From the NCBI GenBank assembly GCA_903842985.1, contig CAIMOB010000004.1, positions 1 to 43,872 of the forward strand: a DNA stretch of 43,872 nt. Reading direction: 5' to 3'. Source of the stretch: an uncultured archaeon. GTDB taxonomy: Archaea > Nanobdellota > Nanobdellia > Woesearchaeales > CAIVOO01. This document shows positions 27,858 to 36,271 of the stretch, piece after piece (position 1 is the stretch's first letter; each line of letters starts with the position of its first letter). The translations under genes and the position numbers were made by a program. The notes below the pieces were generated by a model. The model worked only from the letters and a program-made list of their open reading frames with translations. It was not told where the DNA came from and did no database searches.

Positions 27858-28880
27858 ATGAAGGTAATGGTAAATGGTCTGCCGGGGAAAATGGCAACGG
27901 AAGTTGCCAACAGCATATCAGCAGACCCAGCCATAAAATGCAGTAATGGATTTGAACTGGTAAAGTATTCGCTTACAGGACCTGAAATAACCCAAAAATT
28001 TTTCATGGCAGGGCTTGCTGTGGAGCAGCCAATCCTGCTTATCAATACAGATAAAAATGAGGCGATAGAAAAAATAAAAGAGCTTGAAGGGGATTTTCTT
28101 TCAGTTGACTTCACACAGCCTGATTCAGTGAATGCAAACGCTGATTTTTACTGCAGGCACAACCTCCCGTTTGTGATGGGCACCACAGGAGGCGACAGGA
28201 AGGCGCTTGAGGAGCGCGTGAGAAATTCGGATATTATGGCTGTCATTGCGCCGAACATGGCAAAGCAGATTGTCGCGCTTCAGGAGCTTGTCAAGAATTA
28301 CTCTGAGCAAAATCCAAATTCTCTGAAAGGCTATAAATTGAAGATGATAGAAAGCCATCAAAATGGAAAAAAGGACACAAGCGGAACAGCGAAGGCAATG
28401 GTCCAGTATTTCAACAAACTGGGAATCCCATTCGAAGCTGGCCAGATAAAAATGATAAGGGAGCCGGCTGAACAGCACTTGCTTGGCGTCCCCGAGGAGC
28501 ATTTGGCAGGCCACGGCTGGCACACCTATGCATTGTCGCCAGGTGCTGAAGCGCCAACAGCACAGATTAAGGATTTCGCCGATGAAATTTTTAATTTCCT
28601 GTCCAGGTCGCCTGTTTTTAAAGAATACATATTTGATAGTGTGTCTTCTGCAGTTAATGTAGCGTGCATGACATCTAAAGACAACACTGTGCTTTTCAGA
28701 ACCAAGCATTGGACTGAAGAGGGAATTTTGCAGCTAACCCACAATGTCAACGGCAGGGCAGTCTATGCTTCAGGAACCCTCGATGCATTGAAATTCCTTG
28801 AGGAAAAAGTCAGTGCAGGGAAAAAGGGAAAAGTTTACTCAATGATTGATGTTCTCAACGCAGGCATTAGAAACCTTTAA
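27858..28880 (+). CDS. dapB: plant-type dihydrodipicolinate (HTPA) reductase-like protein
   Basis: MVNGLPGKMA, VDFT.P, FVMGTTGGDR, IAPNMAKQIVA, ESHQ..K.DTSGTAKA, GHGWHTY, HNVNGR. Confidence 0.8.
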   Translation: MKVMVNGLPGKMATEVANSISADPAIKCSNGFELVKYSLTGPEITQKFFMAGLAVEQPILLINTDKNEAIEKIKELEGDFLSVDFTQPDSVNANADFYCRHNLPFVMGTTGGDRKALEERVRNSDIMAVIAPNMAKQIVALQELVKNYSEQNPNSLKGYKLKMIESHQNGKKDTSGTAKAMVQYFNKLGIPFEAGQIKMIREPAEQHLLGVPEEHLAGHGWHTYALSPGAEAPTAQIKDFADEIFNFLSRSPVFKEYIFDSVSSAVNVACMTSKDNTVLFRTKHWTEEGILQLTHNVNGRAVYASGTLDALKFLEEKVSAGKKGKVYSMIDVLNAGIRNL

Positions 28881-28905
28881 AAATTATATATATTTCTAAG
28901 CCATA

Positions 28906-30663
28906 ATGGACTCAAAAGAGCTGATTAGGAAGTACCTTGAGTTCTTCAAGGCAAAGAAGCATGCAGCCATAAAATCAGCTTCATTAATCCCAGAGCATGA
29001 TCCTTCTGTGCTTTTCACAACAGCAGGCATGCATCCGCTTGTGCCTTTTCTTTTAGGGCAGCCGCATCCGCTCGGAAAGAGACTAGCTGATGTCCAGAAA
29101 TGCATAAGGACAACTGACATTGATTCTGTCGGAGACCCTTCGCACTTAACTTTCTTTGAAATGCTCGGCAACTGGAGCCTGGGCGACTATTTCAAGAAAG
29201 AAGCAATTGAATGGAGCCATGAGTTCCTTACAAAAGTCCTTGGGTTTGATGCCAAGAAGCTTTCAGTCACCTGCTTTGCAGGAGACAAGGACGCTCCAAA
29301 GGACGAAGAGGCAGCATCTGCCTGGAAAAGCTTGAAAATTCCTGCTGAAAGAATCTACTTTTTGCCAAAGGAAGACAACTGGTGGGGCCCTGCAGGTGAA
29401 ACAGGCCCGTGCGGACCATGCTCTGAAATGTTCATAGACACAGGAAAGGAGAAATGCTCTCCAAAATGCAGGCCAGGCTGCAACTGCGGGAAATACTTTG
29501 AAATCTGGAATGATGTTTTCATGGAATACAGCAAGACAAAGGAAGGCAAGTTCGAGAAGCTGAAGCAGAAGAACGTAGACACAGGCATGGGAGTCGAAAG
29601 GACAATTGCAATGCTTGCCGGAAAGAAAACTGTCTATGAAATAGAGACGCTGAAGCCAATTATCGAGAAAATAAAGGAGATTTCAAGGATAAATAACCCA
29701 GATGAGAAGCAATTGCTTTCAATGAGGATAATCACAGACCATTTGAGAGCTTCAACTTTCATTCTCGGAGACGACAAGGCAGTCGCCCCTTCAAACGTCG
29801 ACCAGGGCTATATTTTAAGGAGATTCATCAGAAGGGCGATAAGGCACGGGAATGTTCTTGGCATACAGAGAGAATTCCTCTCTGAACTTGCGGTAATTGT
29901 CCTAGAGATGTACAAGGAAAGATACGACGAGCTGTACAGGAACAAGAACTTCATAATTTCTGAACTGAGAAAAGAGGACGACAAATTCAGGAAAACCCTT
30001 GAGAAAGGCCTTCATGAGTTTGAGAAGATTGCAAAGGCAACAATTTCAGGCAAAGACGCTTTCCTTCTTTTCCAGAGCTACGGCTTCCCATTTGAGCTTA
30101 CAAAGGAGCTTGCAGCTGAGAAGAAAATAAAGGTTGATGAGAAAGAGTTTGACGACGAGTTCAGGAAGCACCAGGAGCTTTCTCGCGTTGGCGCAGAGAA
30201 GAAATTCAAAGGCGGGCTGAGCGAGGCATCAGAGGAAACAGCAAAATTGCATACTGCAACGCATTTATTGAATGAGGCATTGCGAATTGTTGTTTCAAAA
30301 AATATTTCACAGAAAGGAAGCAACATAACACCTGAAAGATTAAGGTTTGACTTCAATTTAGACAGGAAAATGACGCCTGAAGAGATTAAGAAAGTTGAAG
30401 AAATTGTCAACAGGAAAATAAATGAAGCAATCCCAGTCAAAAGAGAGGAAATGTCTGTTGAGCAGGCGAAAAAGAAAGGAGCGCAGGCAGAGTTCGGCGC
30501 CAAATACAGCGAAAAGGTTTCTGTTTATTCTATTGATGATTTCTCAGTTGAGATATGCGCAGGACCGCACGTCAAGAACACTTCTGAACTTGGAACATTT
30601 AAGATTATGAAAGAAGAGAGCGTTGCAGCAGGCGTCCGAAGGATAAAAGCAGTTCTTTCGTAA
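28906..30663 (+). CDS. alaS: alanyl-tRNA synthetase (short form lacking C-Ala)
   Basis: LFTTAGM, QKCIRT, FFEMLGNWS, DTGMGVER, DHLR; editing HTATH and CAGPH; ends at GVRRIKAV. Confidence 0.97.
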   Translation: MDSKELIRKYLEFFKAKKHAAIKSASLIPEHDPSVLFTTAGMHPLVPFLLGQPHPLGKRLADVQKCIRTTDIDSVGDPSHLTFFEMLGNWSLGDYFKKEAIEWSHEFLTKVLGFDAKKLSVTCFAGDKDAPKDEEAASAWKSLKIPAERIYFLPKEDNWWGPAGETGPCGPCSEMFIDTGKEKCSPKCRPGCNCGKYFEIWNDVFMEYSKTKEGKFEKLKQKNVDTGMGVERTIAMLAGKKTVYEIETLKPIIEKIKEISRINNPDEKQLLSMRIITDHLRASTFILGDDKAVAPSNVDQGYILRRFIRRAIRHGNVLGIQREFLSELAVIVLEMYKERYDELYRNKNFIISELRKEDDKFRKTLEKGLHEFEKIAKATISGKDAFLLFQSYGFPFELTKELAAEKKIKVDEKEFDDEFRKHQELSRVGAEKKFKGGLSEASEETAKLHTATHLLNEALRIVVSKNISQKGSNITPERLRFDFNLDRKMTPEEIKKVEEIVNRKINEAIPVKREEMSVEQAKKKGAQAEFGAKYSEKVSVYSIDDFSVEICAGPHVKNTSELGTFKIMKEESVAAGVRRIKAVLS

Positions 30664-30717
30664 AAACTACGGCTAAATTCAAAAATATTATTAATAACTT
30701 CTGCCTATAATAAACAC

Positions 30718-31392
30718 ATGATAGCAATGATATCAGACATACATGCAAATCTCGAGGCATTGGTCGCTGTTCTGGACGACATCAGGAAACACGGGATTAA
30801 GAAGATTTACTGCTGCGGCGACATTGTCGGCTACGGCGCAAACCCTAACGAATGCATTGAACTGGTTAGAGCAAACAAAATAGAATCTGTGCTGGGCAAC
30901 CACGACTATGGAATTGTCGGCATCAACAAGAATTGTTTAAATCTTGGCGAGAAGGCATTGTATGGCGATAAGGTAGTAGATGTGCTTGACTGGACAAAGG
31001 AAAAACTGACAAAAGAAAACTACAGCCACCTATCTGCGCTGAAATGCACATTAAATGTCGGTGACGTGCTTCTTGTCCACGGCTCACCAAGGGACCCATT
31101 GTTTACATATGTTGACTTTCCCCAGCCTTCGCTTATCCCTGAAGACATCAGGGTTTTAGTCATGGGGCACACCCACGTCCCCTTTATAAAATATTTCAAC
31201 GAAAAGCTGGCAATAAATCCCGGCTCTGTGGGACAGCCGAGAGACAGCGACAAGAGGGCAAGCTACTGCATTTTTAAGGGAGATGATGCAGAAATAATAA
31301 GGGTTGAATATGACATAGATGGTGCGGCGAAGAAAATCAAGGAAGCAGGATTTCCAGGCGAATATGGAGACAGGCTTTTCTGCGGGATTTAA
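30718..31392 (+). CDS. calcineurin-like metallophosphoesterase
   Basis: SDIHAN, GDIVGYG, GNHD, HGSP, GHTH, NPGSVGQPRD. Confidence 0.93.
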   Translation: MIAMISDIHANLEALVAVLDDIRKHGIKKIYCCGDIVGYGANPNECIELVRANKIESVLGNHDYGIVGINKNCLNLGEKALYGDKVVDVLDWTKEKLTKENYSHLSALKCTLNVGDVLLVHGSPRDPLFTYVDFPQPSLIPEDIRVLVMGHTHVPFIKYFNEKLAINPGSVGQPRDSDKRASYCIFKGDDAEIIRVEYDIDGAAKKIKEAGFPGEYGDRLFCGI

Positions 31393-31712
31393 TTCAGAAT
31401 CCTAACCATCCCCTTCTCTTCAATTATCTCCCCTTTCCTCAGCAATTCGTTCACCAATTCCTCATCAAACATGTCAATCAATTTGATTGATTCAATCGGC
31501 TCGAATTCTTTTACAACCTGCAGAATCTTGTTGTACTTTCCCCTGCCTTCCAGCTCCAGATAATTATTCACAGCCTCGAGATGCTTGCACCATTTCCTGA
31601 ACTTGAATGCAGGGCACTCGCAGTTCGGCTTTGAAATGTCAACCAGATAAAACTTCCCCTTCTTTGTGTCAGACTCAACCTTATAGCAGCCGTCTGATTT
31701 TATTATGTTCAT
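31389..31712 (-). CDS. SWIM zinc-finger protein with probable C-terminal winged helix
   Basis: CECPAFKFRKWCKH (CxC...CxH). Confidence 0.8.
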   Translation of the reverse strand: MNIIKSDGCYKVESDTKKGKFYLVDISKPNCECPAFKFRKWCKHLEAVNNYLELEGRGKYNKILQVVKEFEPIESIKLIDMFDEELVNELLRKGEIIEEKGMVRILN

Positions 31713-31750
31713 AATGTTAAAGAAGGAAGAAAGATATTTAAATATTTGGC

Positions 31751-31897
31751 TTAAAATTTACCTACCAGCTCATTTATTTTTTTGGCAGCCTTTGCAAGCA
31801 TATCTCTTGCACTATCGCGATAACCTGCCCCTGCATCTCTTTTTACAGTATCTATCATAATTTTAATATTGTCCAACTCAGTGTTTATGTCTGCCAT
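31751..31897 (-). CDS. 48-aa micro-protein (below ORF-track cutoff)
   Basis: MADINTELDNIKIMIDTVKRDAGAGYRDSARDMLAKAAKKINELVGKF*. The ATG lies 30 nt after the start of a minus-strand TTTTTAAA box, and the ORF fills an otherwise empty gap. Confidence 0.6.
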   Translation of the reverse strand: MADINTELDNIKIMIDTVKRDAGAGYRDSARDMLAKAAKKINELVGKF

Positions 31898-31919
31898 TAA
31901 TGCAGTTAATTAATTCCAG

Positions 31920-31946
31920 TTTAAAAACCTTTTCGAAAGCTTTAAA
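31920..31946. promoter_or_regulatory. back-to-back BRE/TATA promoters sharing a TTTCGAAA core
   Basis: TTTAAAAACCTTTTCGAAAGCTTTAAA reads as BRE+TATA on both strands, 30 nt from ATG 31897 (-) and ATG 31971 (+). Confidence 0.7.
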
Positions 31947-31970
31947 TTTTTTCCTGTTTTTAGACTGAGA

Positions 31971-32546
31971 ATGCTCGAAAAACTAACACAGCGAATCGAT
32001 GATGCAGTGGAGCGGACCCATGAAATATTCAAATGGATAAATGAAAAGAGACAGCTGATCAATGACACAAATATCGGATGCAGGATAAACAATTCCGCCA
32101 GAGGGCTTCGTTTTGAGGACCTGAGCCTGAAGCTGGGCGAAAAAGCCAAAGAAACATTTGAAAATGCGGTCGAAACTGGATTTTTGATGTTTTACCGCAG
32201 AGTCAATCCGCCATTTGCAGAATGCCTTGCATTCAGATTTGAATTCTTCAAAAAAATTTTTAAGGATGAAATGCGCGAGCCAAATTATTCAGAAACATCC
32301 CTGCTGTGGCAGAAATTTTATTTTGTCGGCTTTGTTGGCAACAATATCATCCGCTACAAAAGGCTGACCCTTGAGGAAGCGCTTGAAAGAAGAAAAACCC
32401 CTCCTTTATCAATGTACATAGTTCAAGGAAACTATCCGCTTGATCTGCGGTTAGAAAATGAATCTATTCGCCATTCTGATGGGATACAGCCTTTCTACAG
32501 CTCTGGCAGGAATGTTACAGAAGGCAGGTCAGAGTATATACACTAA
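31971..32546 (+). CDS. hypothetical protein
   Basis: 191-aa ORF with a correctly spaced promoter; no recognisable motif. Confidence 0.6.
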   Translation: MLEKLTQRIDDAVERTHEIFKWINEKRQLINDTNIGCRINNSARGLRFEDLSLKLGEKAKETFENAVETGFLMFYRRVNPPFAECLAFRFEFFKKIFKDEMREPNYSETSLLWQKFYFVGFVGNNIIRYKRLTLEEALERRKTPPLSMYIVQGNYPLDLRLENESIRHSDGIQPFYSSGRNVTEGRSEYIH

Positions 32547-32595
32547 TTAGTAGTAACAAACCAAAAGGTTTATAAATAACCGGTATCTGTTATAT

Positions 32596-33093
32596 ATGAA
32601 AATGGAGTTTATAATATCAAAAACGAACCTGGCAGAGCTTACAACATCCGGGGAAGGTGAAGTTGGCTACCTTATCATGCACAAGCAAAGCGAAGACCAG
32701 CTTTATTCTGTATCAAAGATAAGAGTGCATGACAGAGGATTCCCTTCAAGACTGGGCAGCGCGCTTGACATGGCAATCATGGAGTATGTTTTCATGACAC
32801 CAGACGTTGTCGGCATCCCTTACAAAGACATAGTTGAGGACAACGGCAAAACAGACGAAAGAACGCATTTCTCCACAATGATGAAATTTTTTAATGCAAC
32901 ACAGGGTCAGATAGACTATTTTCTCACCATAAAAAACAAGGAACTTAAATTTTTCAAAATCTCTGGAAGAGACGGGCCTGACTTTACCAGGGTCAAGTAT
33001 TCCATAGATGACTACAACATTGCATCAGACCCGGACAGGGTAAGAGAAATACTCATTGACTCGCTGAAACTAGGCAACCCTTGCGCCAAGTAA
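32596..33093 (+). CDS. hypothetical protein, possible degenerate JAB/MPN fold
   Basis: EVGYLI...YSVSKI...VVGIPY...DYFLTI...LKFFK resembles MPN strand order but lacks HxH-D. Promoter at 32557-32576. Confidence 0.5.
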   Translation: MKMEFIISKTNLAELTTSGEGEVGYLIMHKQSEDQLYSVSKIRVHDRGFPSRLGSALDMAIMEYVFMTPDVVGIPYKDIVEDNGKTDERTHFSTMMKFFNATQGQIDYFLTIKNKELKFFKISGRDGPDFTRVKYSIDDYNIASDPDRVREILIDSLKLGNPCAK

Positions 33094-33942
33094 ATCATTC
33101 AGCGCAATAACATCCTTGTCAAGGCTTCTTATTTTCGCGCCGACAGCGCGCGCTTCTGCAACAAGGCGCATGTCCCCGACATATCCCTTCTCCCCAATTT
33201 TCATAAAGTCTGATTTCATCTTTTCCAGCAGAACTCTTTTGTCTTTTTTGATGCTTTTTATGGACCTCAGCATAGAGACCAGATTGTCATCACGCGCCTT
33301 GCAGATTTCTTTTATGGCAGCGCCCTTGAAATCGTTGACGTGTTCAAAATACCTGTCTTTGTTCGCTTTTTGGAGATTAATTTTCAGCATTTCGCAGAAA
33401 ATTTTATGCCGTTCCATTATCTTGCTGTCCAGATCCCCCAGATTCAATTCATTCATCCTCTTAATGTCGCCTGAAACAGCATCGAGGCTTTCACCCCTTT
33501 CAAGCCTTGCCAGCACCAGCTCAAACTGCGTTAGCAGCCGGTTTGCAAGGGAATCATCGGCAATGACAAGTATGTAATGCACAAGCCTCCTTGGGATAAG
33601 CTCAACGAGCTGCTCCACTTCCTTCGCAAATTCATTGAAATCCACTTCAGGGATTTTGGTTTTCAGCTTCTCAAAGTACTCTGTCAGCAGCTGCGACGCC
33701 TTCGGCCCGATTTTCTTGTGCTTTATCAGCCCGTAAATCTCCTCCTGGTTTTTTGGCATGAAAAAGAAGAACTCGTAGCCAATCATCTCATCAAGCGCAG
33801 CCCTGTCGCCGACATTTGCAATAGCGACAAAGGCGTTTGTGTCAAGCACAAGCGGCACCTCATCTCTCATCGCGTCTTTGATGTGCTGCCTTGCATCAAC
33901 ATACCGCTTATTCTCATCGGTTGTTTCAGAAAATATTCCCAT
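33070..33942 (-). CDS. PIN-domain protein with large helical insertion (HARP/aRNase P-like)
   Basis: LVLDTNAF, FFMP..EEI, long helical insert, GDMRLVAEARAVGAKIRSLDKDV..LLG. True start ATG 33942, with a TTTATATA box upstream. Confidence 0.65.
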   Translation of the reverse strand: MGIFSETTDENKRYVDARQHIKDAMRDEVPLVLDTNAFVAIANVGDRAALDEMIGYEFFFFMPKNQEEIYGLIKHKKIGPKASQLLTEYFEKLKTKIPEVDFNEFAKEVEQLVELIPRRLVHYILVIADDSLANRLLTQFELVLARLERGESLDAVSGDIKRMNELNLGDLDSKIMERHKIFCEMLKINLQKANKDRYFEHVNDFKGAAIKEICKARDDNLVSMLRSIKSIKKDKRVLLEKMKSDFMKIGEKGYVGDMRLVAEARAVGAKIRSLDKDVIALNDLLGARVA

Positions 33943-34020
33943 GAAATTGATGTATAAAATGCAATATATAAACGTTTCTTTTCCACAAAATTTAAATATT
34001 GCAAAATCCTTATAACCTCC

Positions 34021-34176
34021 ATGAGTGACGTCTGCAAAAGCTGCTGGCGCTGGAAGAAATTCAAGGAGAAGTGCTGGTATCATTGGGATGGGAAAAAAGA
34101 GTGCTTCAAGCACATTGATAATGAGAATTCTGAAGAAAGCTACAAGAATGTTGATAAAAACACAGACATCTACTGA
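34021..34176 (+). CDS. 51-aa Cys/Trp-rich putative zinc-binding micro-protein (below ORF-track cutoff)
   Basis: MSDVCKSCWRWKKFKEKCWYHWDGKKECFKH...: CxxC-x9-C-x9-C. TTTAAATA box lies about 30 nt upstream. Confidence 0.65.
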   Translation: MSDVCKSCWRWKKFKEKCWYHWDGKKECFKHIDNENSEESYKNVDKNTDIY

Positions 34177-34272
34177 AATTCTTATTTTCGTCACAGCTCA
34201 GCGAAAATAGTTTTTAAATTGAAAAATTTATGATAGAAAATGTTTTAAATAAAACATCATTTTTTCTATTTT

Positions 34273-34986
34273 ATGTACACGTACGTTGTTCCGTATGCGA
34301 ATGATGTACGCAATCGGCTGGACCGCATGCGCGGCAGGATAATTCTTGACAATTCTTTTGTGACACTTCGGATCGGAATCCTGAATGGAAAGCTGATAGA
34401 GTGCAGCAGGGATTTCATAGAATTCTCGCTTGAGCTCATGGCAGGCGGAGGAGAATACAAGCCATTGATGGACAACCAGCAGGAGTACATGCAGGGGCTG
34501 TGCGAGCTTGCCGAAGAAAAAAAGCTTTTCACTGTTGACGGCATTGTCAGGAAGGAGATGCTTGACCTGAAACGCAAGAGCGACAAGTGCGCCGGCAGTT
34601 TCATAGAGCCGGACTTCATTGCCTATTTCAGGGACTTCAGCAACGGGGTTGATGAGCTTCTTAGGGCTTTGAACAAGAATGTGCCATATTTGACTGAGGA
34701 CAGCATGTTCAGGAAAATAAGCCATGACATAAACGGGATTATGATCCGCGGAAAAAAGCAGCCGTCAAAGATAGACAGGAGGGTTGTTGCAACAGCGCTC
34801 TATGAAAGCCATGCAAAAAGCGAGGAGATAAACATACTTGCGAATGACCCGCATATATACAACCTGCTTGAAAAATTCTGGGAATCCAAGAACCGCAGGA
34901 GGCTTGATGCAGAAATTAGATGCTTCACATTCGACAAGGAAAGAGATTACGAGCTGGTGCAGGCCTACTCCACCTTCAGGAAATAA
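34273..34986 (+). CDS. PIN-domain protein (paralog A)
   Basis: GRIILDNS, VRKEM, PSKIDRRVVATA, INILANDPHI: four acidic PIN residues. Confidence 0.7.
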   Translation: MYTYVVPYANDVRNRLDRMRGRIILDNSFVTLRIGILNGKLIECSRDFIEFSLELMAGGGEYKPLMDNQQEYMQGLCELAEEKKLFTVDGIVRKEMLDLKRKSDKCAGSFIEPDFIAYFRDFSNGVDELLRALNKNVPYLTEDSMFRKISHDINGIMIRGKKQPSKIDRRVVATALYESHAKSEEINILANDPHIYNLLEKFWESKNRRRLDAEIRCFTFDKERDYELVQAYSTFRK

Positions 34987-35021
34987 CAAGTATTTTATAT
35001 TTTTCTGTCTTTCTGATTCTT

Positions 35022-35804
35022 ATGAAATACTTCACGCCCAACCTTCAGCAGACACTTCAAATGCTGGATGAGATAGCTGCGTCAGGCAGGATTCTCCTTG
35101 ACACCTCCGCAGCAACCTTTCCATTCGGCCTGCAGAGGAGCACAAGCATAGAAACCCCTGACTTGTTTGATTTTTTGCTGCAGTCAGCTAGGACTTATGG
35201 GAAATACGAGGGGCTAATCCGCGTGCAGACAGCGTACATAGACCACCTGACTTCGCTCTCTGAAAGCGAAAGGCTTTTCACTGTCGATGACATTCTGAAC
35301 CAGGAGATGAAAGTGCTGCAGTTTAAGAGCAGCCAATCCATACAGGACCTCACAAGCATGAAATACAGGCAGGAGATGGGCAAGCTCGCCCACAGCATTG
35401 ACGGGCTGACGGCTTCCCTGCAGAAAAATGTTTTTGCCACAAAAGGCGTGCCTGGGCTTGATGCTGTTCGTGAAGAAATCAGGGATATTTACATGACAAC
35501 TGAAACGCTGCCGTCCCAGAGGGACAAGCTGCTGGTTGCATCGGCGTTCCACCTGAATGCTGCGAACGGCGAAAGAATAAACATACTTTCAAATGACGGG
35601 CACATCTTTGAACTGTGCGTAATCCATTACGGGAGAAATCTCCACAAGGAAAATTCGCTTGAGCTGGATGTCAGCTGCTTCTCGTTTGACAGGGACCACA
35701 GCCTTGACCTGATAGAACTGATTTCAAAGGGATATTCCAGCGAAGTTACTTTCAACAACTATGCCAGATTTCTCAGCAATCTTACAGAAGGCACGCTGTT
35801 CTAG
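35022..35804 (+). CDS. PIN-domain protein (paralog B)
   Basis: GRILLDTS, LNQEM, PSQRDKLLVASA, INILSNDGHI; colinear with paralog A; true start ATG 35022. Confidence 0.7.
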   Translation: MKYFTPNLQQTLQMLDEIAASGRILLDTSAATFPFGLQRSTSIETPDLFDFLLQSARTYGKYEGLIRVQTAYIDHLTSLSESERLFTVDDILNQEMKVLQFKSSQSIQDLTSMKYRQEMGKLAHSIDGLTASLQKNVFATKGVPGLDAVREEIRDIYMTTETLPSQRDKLLVASAFHLNAANGERINILSNDGHIFELCVIHYGRNLHKENSLELDVSCFSFDRDHSLDLIELISKGYSSEVTFNNYARFLSNLTEGTLF

Positions 35805-36220
35805 AATCTTCCGACGTTGCCAGCTGTCCTGTAATTGAAATTCTCAGTCACATCTGCACTAGGAATTGGAGCGATTGCGCACTTTATTTCAAGTAAACTG
35901 CCCTTTACATTGATATCATTTACCTTTTTGACATATGCATTATTTCCATAGGGAACAGCATTTAGCTTTGGAAAAACCAAATCTGCTATTGCATTTTTCC
36001 AGTCAAAACTGAAAGGTATGTTTGTCTTGTTAAGTTCAAGAAAAACTCCGCTGCCATCACGCATGCAACAATACTCCTGCTTTGCCTGCTGTGTCTCAAA
36101 TGTCAGCGTTGGGGCAGTTATTGTTACAGGAACCTCTCCGTTCTTTTTTGTCAGCCCTGTTTTTATACTGTACCCACTGCGAATATCTATTGTTTTTTCA
36201 ACATCAAAGTAATGTGGCAT
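35801..36220 (-). CDS. hypothetical protein
   Basis: 139-aa beta-rich ORF; promoter CAAAAGCTTTTATATA about 30 nt upstream. Confidence 0.6.
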   Translation of the reverse strand: MPHYFDVEKTIDIRSGYSIKTGLTKKNGEVPVTITAPTLTFETQQAKQEYCCMRDGSGVFLELNKTNIPFSFDWKNAIADLVFPKLNAVPYGNNAYVKKVNDINVKGSLLEIKCAIAPIPSADVTENFNYRTAGNVGRF

Positions 36221-36271
36221 ATATGCTTGGATTTAGAACTTATATATAAAGCTTTTGCTATTATATAGTAA

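Noticed and set aside
33943-34210. N-terminal extension of 33070..34194 and ORF 34025..34210
   Set aside because: They overlap the divergent promoters and the better-supported Cys-rich ORF at 34021-34176.
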